From: a virus
Lineage: Duplodnaviria > Caudoviricetes
DNA: 58,150 nt
Virus record (IMG/VR): IMGVR_UViG_3300012940_000001
Location: 1-58,150 of that record
Direction: 5' to 3' (one strand)
Both the position numbers and the translations under genes were made by a program. A model generated the notes under the pieces. It was not told where the DNA came from. It made no database searches and saw nothing but the letters and a program-made list of their open reading frames with translations. Below are positions 9,143 through 18,123 of this stretch, one piece after another (the stretch's first letter is position 1; every line of letters starts with the position of its first letter).

Positions 9143-9529
9143 TCAGGACGTACCGTTCTCCCCGAACTGCTCCAGGAGCGCCTCGATCGTGTCGGGAATC
9201 TGTGCGCCCAGCATCGCCATGCTCGGCATCCCCTGGACCAGCCGCATCACCCACGCTTGAGCCATGGCCTGGGCGATCGTGTCCCGCATGTTTCCCTCGG
9301 GCATCTGGTCGATGAAGTCGCCGGGGAGGTTGTCCATCGCCACGCGCACGCACAGCAGGAGCAGGGCCTTGATCGAGTCCTCCACGTCGATGCCGTGCTG
9401 GTGGTACTCCATCGTGATCTTCATTTCTTCGTGGTCGGTGCCCTCGTTCTCCTTCGAGAACTCCGCGTTGACCATGAGGCGCTTCTCGTCGGGTTCGATG
9501 TGGCAGTTCTCGTCGTGGTTCATGTTCAT
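9143..9529 (-). CDS. Hypothetical protein
   Basis: GGAGG RBS before MNMNHDE. Confidence 0.65.
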   Translation of the reverse strand: MNMNHDENCHIEPDEKRLMVNAEFSKENEGTDHEEMKITMEYHQHGIDVEDSIKALLLLCVRVAMDNLPGDFIDQMPEGNMRDTIAQAMAQAWVMRLVQGMPSMAMLGAQIPDTIEALLEQFGENGTS

Positions 9530-9541
9530 CTGGTCCTCCAG

Positions 9542-9556
9542 AAAAGTAGTACTTTC
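9542..9556. promoter_or_regulatory. 15-bp palindrome copy (1 mismatch)
   Basis: AAAAGTAGTACTTTC just upstream of RBS. Confidence 0.7.
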
Positions 9557-9558
9557 CG

Positions 9559-9933
9559 TCATGCGGAAAGCGGAATGCGTTCATGCCGAGGGCGAGCGGC
9601 ATGTACTTCAAGCGGTATGCCTTCCTCAGCAAGGACACGGGCCACCCCAACCCGCACGACAGCCGACAGGCGTGTTCCCATGCTGTCCGCCGTATCGGTC
9701 GCTTCTCTCCATACCGAGTCGTCGATATAGAGCGACACGTAGTCCCTGCCAGCGGGCGGAATCTCCGCCCCACGGTAGGCATCAGGGTCCGCGAGGAACC
9801 CTTCGATAATCGAGACGATGAAGGGACTCGGCCGTGTGCGCTTCTGCCAGCACAGCGTCTCGATCGCCGTCTTCATTTCTGTCGGCACCCACACCTTGCG
9901 GATGCTGGTGCCCTTCGCCTCGTTCGTCATCAC
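9559..9933 (-). CDS. Tandem ribbon-helix-helix DNA-binding protein
   Basis: Two beta-alpha-alpha patterns: IRKVWVP..PSPFIVSIIEGFL and YVSLYID..LSAVVRVGVARVL. Confidence 0.6.
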   Translation of the reverse strand: MMTNEAKGTSIRKVWVPTEMKTAIETLCWQKRTRPSPFIVSIIEGFLADPDAYRGAEIPPAGRDYVSLYIDDSVWREATDTADSMGTRLSAVVRVGVARVLAEEGIPLEVHAARPRHERIPLSA

Positions 9934-10322
9934 AACGCTCCCCGTTCTCGCCGGTTCTTCCTCACCCGGCGTTTGTATACTGCGGCGCGTTCCGACGACG
10001 TGAGGTCGTGGCTGGTGTCACGCTCGTAGATACCCCCACGGTTGGGGACGAGGCGGACATGCCACGGGTTGACGCACCGATGGTGGATGCAGGTTCTACC
10101 TCTTTGCATTCCGCACCAGTCCGTGTGGTCGGTGCGGTACAGCACCATCCCCGGAGGGATCGGCGCTATCTCACGCTCGTAGATGTACCGCATCACGTGC
10201 CGGAGGTTGATCGCGGGGCGGCCCTCCTTCAAAGAGCCTTCCCACCACCAGCACTCGGAGCGTGATCGCGGCGTGAACCGTGCGTTGACCTTCTCGTCAA
10301 ACGTGATCGGTCGTCGGAACAT
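9930..10322 (-). CDS. HNH / His-Me finger endonuclease-like protein (degenerate)
   Basis: CWWWEG...IPPGMV...CVNPWH. Confidence 0.65.
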   Translation of the reverse strand: MFRRPITFDEKVNARFTPRSRSECWWWEGSLKEGRPAINLRHVMRYIYEREIAPIPPGMVLYRTDHTDWCGMQRGRTCIHHRCVNPWHVRLVPNRGGIYERDTSHDLTSSERAAVYKRRVRKNRRERGAL

Positions 10323-10329
10323 GGACACT

Positions 10330-10349
10330 AGTATAGTCCACTAGGGGGA
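10330..10349 (-). promoter_or_regulatory. -10 box TATACT with CCCCCTAGT spacer element; probable leaderless start
   Basis: TATACT 7 nt before ATG 10322; shares spacer with promoters at 13610 and 18124. Confidence 0.55.
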
Positions 10350-10478
10350 GCGGTCGTGAGGGGGGTACGGTCTCTCACGCCAGATGCGACAGCGACGGCA
10401 CACCTGACCGTGGAGCCGGTTGCCCCACGAGTGGCCGAACAGACGGCACGTCACGTGCCTGTGGAACTTCTCCCACAT
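10341..10478 (-). CDS. Small Cys/His protein (CRLFGH...CRRC)
   Basis: AGGAGG RBS; DUF1660-like pattern. Confidence 0.6.
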   Translation of the reverse strand: MWEKFHRHVTCRLFGHSWGNRLHGQVCRRCRIWRERPYPPHDRSP

Positions 10479-10490
10479 CTTGACCTCCTG

Positions 10491-10505
10491 GAAAGTAGTA
10501 CTTTC
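10491..10505. promoter_or_regulatory. 15-bp palindrome copy
   Basis: GAAAGTAGTACTTTC adjacent to RBS. Confidence 0.8.
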
Positions 10506-10571
10506 TGGCAACCCCCAAGCCACCAGTAGGGGGCCACCCGAAGGTGACCCCCTGCTGGCGTGGTTGCCGTG

Positions 10572-11987
10572 TTACGCGGACCGCTCGGCGATCTGGATGG
10601 TGTTCCACTCGTCGTTGTGACCGTCGTAGGTCTGAGCACGACCGAGGCTGTCCTCGACAGCGGACATGAGCGCCTTGTCCAGCGTCGGACGCTTCTCGCC
10701 CTCGTTGGCCTCCGTGAGGGCCTTCAACTGAGGCTGGAGCGAGTCCGCCGCGTGGATGAGGTCAGGCGTGTCGATGATGTACCCGCCCTTGCCCTCCAGG
10801 CGCGCGACCGAGAACGTGATCGCACGGTTGATCGTCTCGCGGACGAAGGCCGGAAGGAACCCGTCCATCGAGGCGTACACGGCGTCGTAGTCCACGTTCG
10901 GGGAGAGTTTCCCGTCCGGGACCACGGCCTTGATGAGACGCTCGACCCCGTTCCGGTCGAGCGCCGCGATTTCGACGATGCCGTCGAGGCGACCCGGACG
11001 AAGCATCCCCTTGTGGATGCGACCCAGGTGGTTCGTGGTGAGGATGATCATGAGTTCCCCACCCTTCGCCGTGATGCCGTCGAACGCGTCGAGCAGACGC
11101 GACACGTTGTCCGCCTCACCGTCGTTCGACTGCGCGTCGATGTCCTCGACGAACACGACAGCGGGCTGGTACAGGCGCGCCGTCTGGAGCACCCGCTCCA
11201 CCTTGTCGCGACCCGGCTTCGCCGACAGGAACGTCCAGCCCGCGGCGACCGCCTCCTTCGCTGTGAGGATGCCCGTGCTCGTCTTGCCCGTGCCGTACGG
11301 GCCGTGGAGCAGGACCGCCCGCTTGAGAGACAGGCCCTCAGCGCGCATCCGGTCGGCGTAGCGAAGCGACGACCACACCATGCCGCCGAGTTCCTCGTAC
11401 ACCTTGTCGGAGAACACGATCGTGGACATGTCCACGTCGAGGTTCAGGAACTCCAGGTCGTCGGCCCCGATCAGCGCCTTCCCGCGGTAGATCGAGTTCG
11501 CCTGGAGGAACTCCTGCACGTCATCGAAGAGGCCCTCGATTTCCTCCTTGTACTTCTTCGGGCCGCGGGCGTAGAGCCGGAACACCTTGCCGTAGTCGCG
11601 GTGGTTGTCTTCGAGGACGTAGAACTCCAGGCCGTCCAGGTGAGGAATCTCCACGCGCCCCCACGGAACCTGCATCGTCTGGCCGTAGCCGATCGCGATG
11701 GTCTTCTGCTCGGCCGGGAACGTCCCGAAGAACGACTGGGTGACCTTGCCGAGGATCATGCCCCACCGCTTCTTCATGCAGTGGAACGTCGCGTGCGCGC
11801 CGTCATCCGGGCGGTAGAGGTAGACCCGGTTGAACTCGGTGAGCGTCTCCGACTCTTCCTTGAGCCGCTGGAGGACGGCGAACGCCTTCTCGTACGTCAT
11901 CCCGCGGGGCAGGACGATCTTCTTCCCGTCGTGGAAGTCGACCTCTTCGCCCGTGATGATGGTTCCCTTTTTCGTGCTAGTTGCCAT
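10572..11987 (-). CDS. AAA+ ATPase (classic clade)
   Basis: Walker A GPYGTGKT, Walker B VFVED, TTN sensor, LRPGRLD arginine finger. Confidence 0.9.
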   Translation of the reverse strand: MATSTKKGTIITGEEVDFHDGKKIVLPRGMTYEKAFAVLQRLKEESETLTEFNRVYLYRPDDGAHATFHCMKKRWGMILGKVTQSFFGTFPAEQKTIAIGYGQTMQVPWGRVEIPHLDGLEFYVLEDNHRDYGKVFRLYARGPKKYKEEIEGLFDDVQEFLQANSIYRGKALIGADDLEFLNLDVDMSTIVFSDKVYEELGGMVWSSLRYADRMRAEGLSLKRAVLLHGPYGTGKTSTGILTAKEAVAAGWTFLSAKPGRDKVERVLQTARLYQPAVVFVEDIDAQSNDGEADNVSRLLDAFDGITAKGGELMIILTTNHLGRIHKGMLRPGRLDGIVEIAALDRNGVERLIKAVVPDGKLSPNVDYDAVYASMDGFLPAFVRETINRAITFSVARLEGKGGYIIDTPDLIHAADSLQPQLKALTEANEGEKRPTLDKALMSAVEDSLGRAQTYDGHNDEWNTIQIAERSA

Positions 11988-12096
11988 GGTTGGCTGTTCC
12001 TTCCGGTTCACCCGTCCCCTGTGGACGGGAGCATGAGGGGAGGGGCGGCAGTGGTTGCTGGGTCCGCCGCCCCTCCGGTGATGAGTACTACCTGGG

Positions 12097-12111
12097 GAAA
12101 GTAGTACTTTC
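12097..12111. promoter_or_regulatory. 15-bp palindrome copy
   Basis: GAAAGTAGTACTTTC intergenic. Confidence 0.8.
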
Positions 12112-12171
12112 TCCGCTGGTCTCAGATGCCAGCGGGTGGTACCAGGTGTCTCCCCCGAGGGTGGCTAGCCC

Positions 12172-12660
12172 TCAGACCTGGTACGTTCTTGCCGCCTCCA
12201 CGAGGTCTTCCTTCCGCTCGCTGACCCACCGGCCCGAGCCGGTCAGCAGGAAGAACTCGATGCCGAGCCGCTGTGCGGTCACGTCGAGCATCATGTGGCG
12301 GACGATTTCGTCCCACCGCCAGCCGGTCGTGTGCCCCGTGCGGTACCAGAGGCCGCCGTTCGGCGCACGGTACGCGACGTACTGGAACACCGTGCCTTCC
12401 TTATCGAACTGCACGCTGTACTTGATGATCGACCCGGGCGCAGGTTCAGCCGGGACCGCGTGCCCATGCTTCGCCTGACGAGCACGTCGCGCCTCTGCGA
12501 TCGCCTCGTCCGCGCTGGACAGAGCCGCGTCGAGTTCGGACTTGACCCGACGCATACGGCGGAGCGCCTCGTCGGCCTCGTCTTCGAGCCGCCGAAGGTT
12601 CTGCTCCTGCTCCGGTGGAAGCAGGGACTTCTTGTCCTTCTTCTTCTTGCTGTCGCTCAT
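12172..12660 (-). CDS. Hypothetical protein with coiled coil
   Basis: ORF overlapping neighbour by ATGA. Confidence 0.7.
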   Translation of the reverse strand: MSDSKKKKDKKSLLPPEQEQNLRRLEDEADEALRRMRRVKSELDAALSSADEAIAEARRARQAKHGHAVPAEPAPGSIIKYSVQFDKEGTVFQYVAYRAPNGGLWYRTGHTTGWRWDEIVRHMMLDVTAQRLGIEFFLLTGSGRWVSERKEDLVEAARTYQV

Positions 12661-13019
12661 GATTCCTCGCCCTCAGTTCCATGCAAGACCGCGACCTCAG
12701 CAACGGCGACCGCCACTTCCGCCCACACGATCCGCATGTTGCGGCCCTCGAAGTAGATGATCGTCTCCGTCACCTGGTCTTCCTGCTGGAACAGTTCCTC
12801 GATCGACTCGATCGCCTCACTGTTGAGTGCGCGGAGACGGTCGGTCACCCCGACGATCTGCCCGAACTGCCGCACCCGCTCCCCGTTCTTGTACGTGACT
12901 TCGAGTGCGACGACAGCACCCATCGCTTCGGCGAGCGCATAGCCCTCGTTGAAGCGACCGTAGGTTCGGCCTTCGGATGGACTGAAGATCGTCTTCAAGA
13001 GGACTTCATTCATCGGCAT
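12657..13019 (-). CDS. Hypothetical protein
   Basis: GAAAGGAG RBS. Confidence 0.7.
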   Translation of the reverse strand: MPMNEVLLKTIFSPSEGRTYGRFNEGYALAEAMGAVVALEVTYKNGERVRQFGQIVGVTDRLRALNSEAIESIEELFQQEDQVTETIIYFEGRNMRIVWAEVAVAVAEVAVLHGTEGEES

Positions 13020-13034
13020 GGTTATGCTCTCCTT

Positions 13035-13529
13035 TCAGAGCGGTGGGGTGTCGGTGCGAGGAAGGTGACGGTGGACGATCAGGCCGATCGCGCACAGCAC
13101 CATCGCGTCCTTGTGGAGGTCGGCGGTTCGTTCGTCGGTGTCGGGGGAGCGGAAGAGGCGGATCGCTCGGGCACCAGCCTCGGCGAGCGCCTTGAAAAGT
13201 AGTACTTTCGGGACGCTGAGTTGTTGCTCGAACGAAGTGGCGAGTGCCGCGAACGTGGCAGAGTAGTTGGTCGCGCCGAAGTCGGGGGTGAAGAGGTTCC
13301 CGTCGTCGCCCTCGAACTGCATGCGACGGTGGGTGAGGATGCCGAGGTAGGCGAGGTCCAGCATGGGGCGGAGCAGTCGCACGTCACCGTGCTCTCGGTC
13401 GAGCAGGTCGTCGAACAGCATCTTCACGAAGTCGGCGTCGCCCAGCAGGGTTTCGCCGTCGACTCCCATGCATTGAAGTGTCGCGATCATCGCGTCCACG
13501 GTCGGCTTGTATTCGAGTTGGTCAACCAC
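13035..13529 (-). CDS. Hypothetical protein
   Basis: GA-repeat RBS, first gene after promoter 13610. Confidence 0.7.
   Translation of the reverse strand: MVDQLEYKPTVDAMIATLQCMGVDGETLLGDADFVKMLFDDLLDREHGDVRLLRPMLDLAYLGILTHRRMQFEGDDGNLFTPDFGATNYSATFAALATSFEQQLSVPKVLLFKALAEAGARAIRLFRSPDTDERTADLHKDAMVLCAIGLIVHRHLPRTDTPPL
13195..13209. promoter_or_regulatory. 15-bp palindrome copy (1 mismatch, inside CDS)
   Basis: AAAAGTAGTACTTTC, reads KVLL in the protein. Confidence 0.65.
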
Positions 13530-13548
13530 AGCCGTCTCTCTCTCTCTG

Positions 13549-13563
13549 GAAAGTAGTACTTTC
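13549..13563. promoter_or_regulatory. 15-bp palindrome copy
   Basis: GAAAGTAGTACTTTC between promoter and RBS. Confidence 0.8.
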
Positions 13564-13609
13564 CGGTTGGTGTTGAAGGGGGGAGACCCACTTCAACTTC
13601 ACTACTACT

Positions 13610-13638
13610 AGTATACCATACTAGGGGGAGTTATGCAA
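13610..13638 (-). promoter_or_regulatory. SigA-like early promoter
   Basis: TTGCAT-17 nt-TATACT. Confidence 0.8.
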
Positions 13639-13644
13639 ATCGTG

Positions 13645-13920
13645 TCAGGAACCACCAATCCACTTAGGCGGCTCCTTCGACACCATCATGTGGGTCATGG
13701 TGCAGACCAGGCACAGCAGAACCTCCCCATCCGGCTCCTTGCCTTCGTCGGACAGCGGCCGGGGAACTACCTGTGCCGTGTCATACCAGACCGGGACACC
13801 GCACTCGTCACACTCACGGACGACACTGGAAGAGAGCGGCTCCGCACACTCCGCGACCGTCACGCAGATGCGCACGATCCAGTACTGGTCCGGGTCGTGC
13901 AGTTTCGTCAGTTTGATCAC
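13645..13920 (-). CDS. Cys-rich hypothetical protein
   Basis: CDEC...CLVC; GTGA overlap. Confidence 0.65.
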   Translation of the reverse strand: MIKLTKLHDPDQYWIVRICVTVAECAEPLSSSVVRECDECGVPVWYDTAQVVPRPLSDEGKEPDGEVLLCLVCTMTHMMVSKEPPKWIGGS

Positions 13921-14372
13921 GCGTCCCCTCCAATGCTGTTGATCATCGCCCGCCAGATCACGGACATGTCGCGCGGCGTCTGGTCTGCGGCTCGACGGTA
14001 CGCACCCCACAGCCTGTCGTACGCATCTACCCGATCACGCCCCTGGCACAGCGCTTCGTCCACGGCACGGCACCGCTCGACGAACGTCGGGTAGTCCAGC
14101 CGGAACCGGAACGTCATGTACGTGTTGTCGTACGAGTCGTCGGTCTCGACCATGAAGGTCGGGAAGTTGCAGAGTTCCTTGATTTGCTCGGCGTATTCCT
14201 TACGGTTCCCACCGCCTGTGCGGGTGTACACGGCGAGCACGATCGCGTCACCGTCGAGTTCCAGCCAGTGATCCCGATACCTGGGAATCTCCGGCATCGG
14301 GACGCCGAGGAACGGGAACATAACCTCCTTCGGAAGCCCCGAGTTGCCGATCGCGAGGTCGAACATGCTCAT
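13917..14372 (-). CDS. Hypothetical protein (YTRTGGGNR motif)
   Basis: AGGAGG RBS, ATGA overlap. Confidence 0.7.
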   Translation of the reverse strand: MSMFDLAIGNSGLPKEVMFPFLGVPMPEIPRYRDHWLELDGDAIVLAVYTRTGGGNRKEYAEQIKELCNFPTFMVETDDSYDNTYMTFRFRLDYPTFVERCRAVDEALCQGRDRVDAYDRLWGAYRRAADQTPRDMSVIWRAMINSIGGDA

Positions 14373-14785
14373 GACTCGTCCTCCTGCGACTTCTGGATGA
14401 TTTGTTCGACCTGACCGGCGAGCATATTCGCGAGAAGCATGTTCCACTTCTCCCCCTCGTCCTGCTTCATCGAGTGGATGCGGTACGAGAGCAGACCCAG
14501 CATCATCAGGTCGCTGAGCAGACCGAACGACTGGTTGACCTCTTCGACCGTCAGGTTGTCCATCAGCGATGTGTCAACGCATGCGCTCATGAGGTCGGAC
14601 GCCTGCCGGATGATCGCGTTGAACTCCAAATCGCTCAGACCAAGGTGCTTCTTCTGTGCGCTGACGAGAACCTGGATCGCCGGGTCCACGACGCTCCCGA
14701 ACAGGGCCTCCGCTTCGGATGGTGTCAGGTCCTCGGGCAAGTCCTTCATCTTCGTCTGCTTGGTCAACTTCTGCTTACGAGCCAT
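14369..14785 (-). CDS. Hypothetical helical protein
   Basis: GAAAGG RBS before MARKQK. Confidence 0.7.
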   Translation of the reverse strand: MARKQKLTKQTKMKDLPEDLTPSEAEALFGSVVDPAIQVLVSAQKKHLGLSDLEFNAIIRQASDLMSACVDTSLMDNLTVEEVNQSFGLLSDLMMLGLLSYRIHSMKQDEGEKWNMLLANMLAGQVEQIIQKSQEDES

Positions 14786-14928
14786 GGCTGTCGCCTTTCT
14801 TCTGTGATGTGGGGGAGGGAAGATTGCGCCCCCAGGTCCCGAGAGAGAGAAGGGACCTGGGGGCTGTGTGTGCCACGTCATCGTTGACGTGGTGGCTTGC
14901 GGCCGACGCTCTCTCTTCGTCGGCACTG

Positions 14929-14943
14929 GAAAGTACTACTTTC
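14929..14943. promoter_or_regulatory. 15-bp palindrome copy supplying the TAG stop of the upstream gene
   Basis: Minus strand GGA AAG TAG TAC TTT C. Confidence 0.75.
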
Positions 14944-15352
14944 CGAGGCTGGGAATCACCCGGTGGTACGCGTGGACCTGGTTCTTCGCCTCGTCCCACC
15001 CGACGTACGTCTCGGGCGTCATGGCGAGCGTCTTCAACCCGCGGTAGGCGTGCGAGTCCCACTCGTTGTTGCTCCGGTACAGGCGGGCACCCATCGGGTT
15101 CCACACCATGTTCCGGGGCGACTCGAACGCGAGACGCTTGACCCTCCCCTCGGGGGTGAAGTCGGCGGACATGCTCATCACGTCGAGGGAGTCGTTGAAG
15201 TTGGCCCATACGGACAGGCCACCGCTCATTTTCTCGACGGTCATGGCGGCGTGTATCCACCTGCCCCACTCGGACTCGGGGCGGTCCTCGCTGACGGTGC
15301 GGAGCGCACGGAGCAAGTCGTTGAGGACGTGCGTGCCGGTGAGGGTGCTCAT
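14936..15352 (-). CDS. Hypothetical protein
   Basis: ATGA overlap with upstream gene. Confidence 0.7.
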   Translation of the reverse strand: MSTLTGTHVLNDLLRALRTVSEDRPESEWGRWIHAAMTVEKMSGGLSVWANFNDSLDVMSMSADFTPEGRVKRLAFESPRNMVWNPMGARLYRSNNEWDSHAYRGLKTLAMTPETYVGWDEAKNQVHAYHRVIPSLGK

Positions 15353-15564
15353 GACGGCTCCCAGCCCGAGGGGTCAGCGATTTCGTCGAGCACGTACTGA
15401 CCGAGCGACTTGATGTACGCCCGGTTGTCCGTCCGGGTGCGGGACTCGCTGATGAACGATTCGTCCGACTCGCGCACGAGGATCGTGAAGCCGAGCACGG
15501 GAAGCCCGGACTCGTCGCACAGGTCAGCGATCTTCCCGGCGAGGACGTTGAGTTGGTCTTGCAT
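15349..15564 (-). CDS. Hypothetical protein
   Basis: GA-repeat RBS before MQDQLN. Confidence 0.65.
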   Translation of the reverse strand: MQDQLNVLAGKIADLCDESGLPVLGFTILVRESDESFISESRTRTDNRAYIKSLGQYVLDEIADPSGWEPS

Positions 15565-15645
15565 GGGTGTCTCTCTCTCTTGTTGAGGGGCCTGACCAGG
15601 CCCGACCCACCCCCAGGCGTGGTGACTGGGGGTGAGCCGCACAGG

Positions 15646-17565
15646 TCAGCGCTTGCGGATCGGGATGAACTTGCCGAAGCCGACGAGCAGACCACCGGCC
15701 GCGACGATCAGCAGACCGTACAGGGGCCACAGCGGGTCGACTTCACCGCCGCCCGTGGTGGCGAGCGTCTTGGTGCTCGTCTTGACCACGGTGGGCGTCT
15801 CGGTCGGGTCCGGGTCCTCGGTGTCGGGGACCGGGCACTCTTCGACGGTCGCCTGGTCGCTCACGAAGTCGGCCAGCACCCAGTCACCGAACTCGCCGTG
15901 CGAGTAGGTGTTGGTCTGCGGGTCGTAGATCGACTCGGCGGTGCGCTTGTACGTGTACATCGTGACGGTGCGCGTCTCGCAGTCCGTCTCGATCACGTCG
16001 TCCCACTCCACGAGCGGGCCGGGGTCGGTCGCGACCGGCTCGAACGTGTAGGTGACGCACCCGATCGTGAACTCCGACACCGTGGTGCTCGACGCGTCGG
16101 GGTGCGTGTAGAGCAGGTCGATGCCGGTGACCTCGACCGCACCGTTCAGGTGGATGAACTCGGTGATCGACCCGAACGCGGCGTAGCCCATGCCGGGGTT
16201 CACGCCGTCCCATGCGACCGTCGACCAGAGGTTGCCGCCGTAGGTCGGCTCTTCCTCGAAGACGATCGTGCCCTGGGCGGTGTGGATGTGCAGTCCGACG
16301 TACTGGATCGGGTCGGCCTCGATGTTCAGCACGGTGCCCACGTCAGCGAGCGTGCCGGTGAAGGGGACGGGGATCGTCGCCGACTCCCAGCCGCCGGGGA
16401 CCGTCAGCACGCCGTCGCCGATGATGGTCTGCGACCCGGTGACCGTCGTGCACGTCGGCTCATAGGTCTGCGGCGGGATGTAGTCGAACGTGTAGGTCAG
16501 GCACCCAACGGTGATCGACTTGATCACGCCGTCACCGAGCACACCCGAGCCGAGGGCGAACGCGACGCCCTGGACCTGAGCGTCGGGGAACGCGCTGAGC
16601 CACTGGTCGATCGTGCCGTGCCACTGCGAGCCGTTGCCGCCGCCGACCACCGGGGCGGCCGCCTTCACGAAGTCCGCCGACGATCCGGTGAGCCAGAGGT
16701 CCTGACCGTACACCGCCTCGTAGACGAGGATGCCGTCGAACGTGGAGTCGTTGTCGAAGTCGACGAACAGGTTGATGCCGGGGACGATGCCCGTGCCCTC
16801 GTACTGGATGTCCAGGACGCCGGTGTTGTGGAGCGGGAACGCCGCCGGGTAGCCCAGCGAGACCTTCGCCTGGCTGGAGTTGTCGTCGGTCCAGATGTGC
16901 AGACCGCCGGGTACGTACTCGTAGTGCCCCGCGTCACGGGTGTCCACGTCGGTCCACAGCGGGTTCACGTTCGTCGAGACCGGACCAGCACCGTACGCCG
17001 AGCATCCGTTCAGAACGGGCGGAGGCGTATCCTTCGGGGCCGGGATCAGGTGGACCTGGTAGTGGCTCACGCTGTCCTTGTCCGGGTGGTCGATGGTCAC
17101 CGTACGCGACGGCGGGTCGACCGCGATGATGTGCTTGATCTTGCCTGCCTTGACGCAGTACTTGTCGACGAGCATGTCCTCCGGTGCGGTGAACTCGACC
17201 GTCGCCGGGTTGCCCGCCGCGTCCTGCTTCGGAAGCCAGCCGTCGCTCGTCTCGTCGCAGATGAAGTCGGGCTTTCCGTGGCCCTTCCCCTGCGCCGAGA
17301 AAGTAGTACTTTCGGCGGTGTCCGGCGCGGGCTCCGGCTCGACGACCGGCTCCGACTCGACGACCTCGGGTGCGGGCGGCTCTGCGACCGGCTCGGGGTC
17401 AGGGGCGGTCACCGGGTCGGTGACTTCCGGCTCGACGACCTCGACGATCGGCGGCTCGGTGGGCGGCGGCTCCGTGGAGGCTGACGCGGCGGTCGGTGCG
17501 ACGAACGCACCTGCGAGGACCAGTGCGACCGCACCGGCACTGGCGAGAATGTGCTTGATTCTCAC
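15646..17565 (-). CDS. Secreted, sortase-type (LAXTG) cell-wall-anchored protein with duplicated beta-rich domain
   Basis: Signal peptide MRIKH...AASA; PE-rich linker; C-terminal LATTG + TM + RKR tail. Confidence 0.8.
   Translation of the reverse strand: MRIKHILASAGAVALVLAGAFVAPTAASASTEPPPTEPPIVEVVEPEVTDPVTAPDPEPVAEPPAPEVVESEPVVEPEPAPDTAESTTFSAQGKGHGKPDFICDETSDGWLPKQDAAGNPATVEFTAPEDMLVDKYCVKAGKIKHIIAVDPPSRTVTIDHPDKDSVSHYQVHLIPAPKDTPPPVLNGCSAYGAGPVSTNVNPLWTDVDTRDAGHYEYVPGGLHIWTDDNSSQAKVSLGYPAAFPLHNTGVLDIQYEGTGIVPGINLFVDFDNDSTFDGILVYEAVYGQDLWLTGSSADFVKAAAPVVGGGNGSQWHGTIDQWLSAFPDAQVQGVAFALGSGVLGDGVIKSITVGCLTYTFDYIPPQTYEPTCTTVTGSQTIIGDGVLTVPGGWESATIPVPFTGTLADVGTVLNIEADPIQYVGLHIHTAQGTIVFEEEPTYGGNLWSTVAWDGVNPGMGYAAFGSITEFIHLNGAVEVTGIDLLYTHPDASSTTVSEFTIGCVTYTFEPVATDPGPLVEWDDVIETDCETRTVTMYTYKRTAESIYDPQTNTYSHGEFGDWVLADFVSDQATVEECPVPDTEDPDPTETPTVVKTSTKTLATTGGGEVDPLWPLYGLLIVAAGGLLVGFGKFIPIRKR
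17299..17313. promoter_or_regulatory. 15-bp palindrome copy (inside CDS, encodes ESTTF)
   Basis: GAAAGTAGTACTTTC. Confidence 0.75.
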
Positions 17566-17592
17566 GTTCCTGCTCTCTCTCTGGTTGTCGTG

Positions 17593-17607
17593 GAAAGTAG
17601 TACTTTC
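17593..17607. promoter_or_regulatory. 15-bp palindrome copy
   Basis: GAAAGTAGTACTTTC upstream of RBS. Confidence 0.8.
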
Positions 17608-17687
17608 CGGTTGGTTGGGCCTGAACAGCCCGAACCGCCTCCCCCCAGGGTGGTAGGGGGAGGCGGCTCGCACCGCTCACGCGCTTC

Positions 17688-18026
17688 TCAGGTGTGGAAG
17701 AAGTGGTTCGGGCTGACGGCGTAGTAGATCGTCCACGGCAGGGACAGTCCTGCTGTGAGGAACGCCAGCATGATGTGGAGAACCACGGAGTGGTCCTTCT
17801 GCTGGCGTGTGTAGACCACTCGCCGATCCACTGTCAACTCACCGTGCGTGAGCGGCCCGTGCGAGGCGTGACGTGCGGGGACGGGGGGCGGCACCTGGAT
17901 GGGGGCGGTCTGGCGCACACGGACGTTCTGCGTCCACTGTGTGCCGTCCCACCAGCGTTCCAGGTGGTTCTGTGCGGGGTCGGTGTACCAGCCAGCGGCG
18001 ATGCTGGTGGTGGTGTCGGTTGTCAT
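17688..18026 (-). CDS. DUF2510-like domain membrane protein
   Basis: AGWYTDP...RWWDGTQWT plus C-terminal TM. Confidence 0.75.
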   Translation of the reverse strand: MTTDTTTSIAAGWYTDPAQNHLERWWDGTQWTQNVRVRQTAPIQVPPPVPARHASHGPLTHGELTVDRRVVYTRQQKDHSVVLHIMLAFLTAGLSLPWTIYYAVSPNHFFHT

Positions 18027-18048
18027 CAGTTGTTCCTTTGGTCGGGCG

Positions 18049-18063
18049 GAAAGTAGTACTTTC
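18049..18063. promoter_or_regulatory. 15-bp palindrome copy
   Basis: GAAAGTAGTACTTTC between promoter and RBS. Confidence 0.8.
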
Positions 18064-18123
18064 TGCCAAGTCTTGCGTGTGGGTACACGAATGACCAGGA
18101 CCCACTTCAACTTGTATACTACT

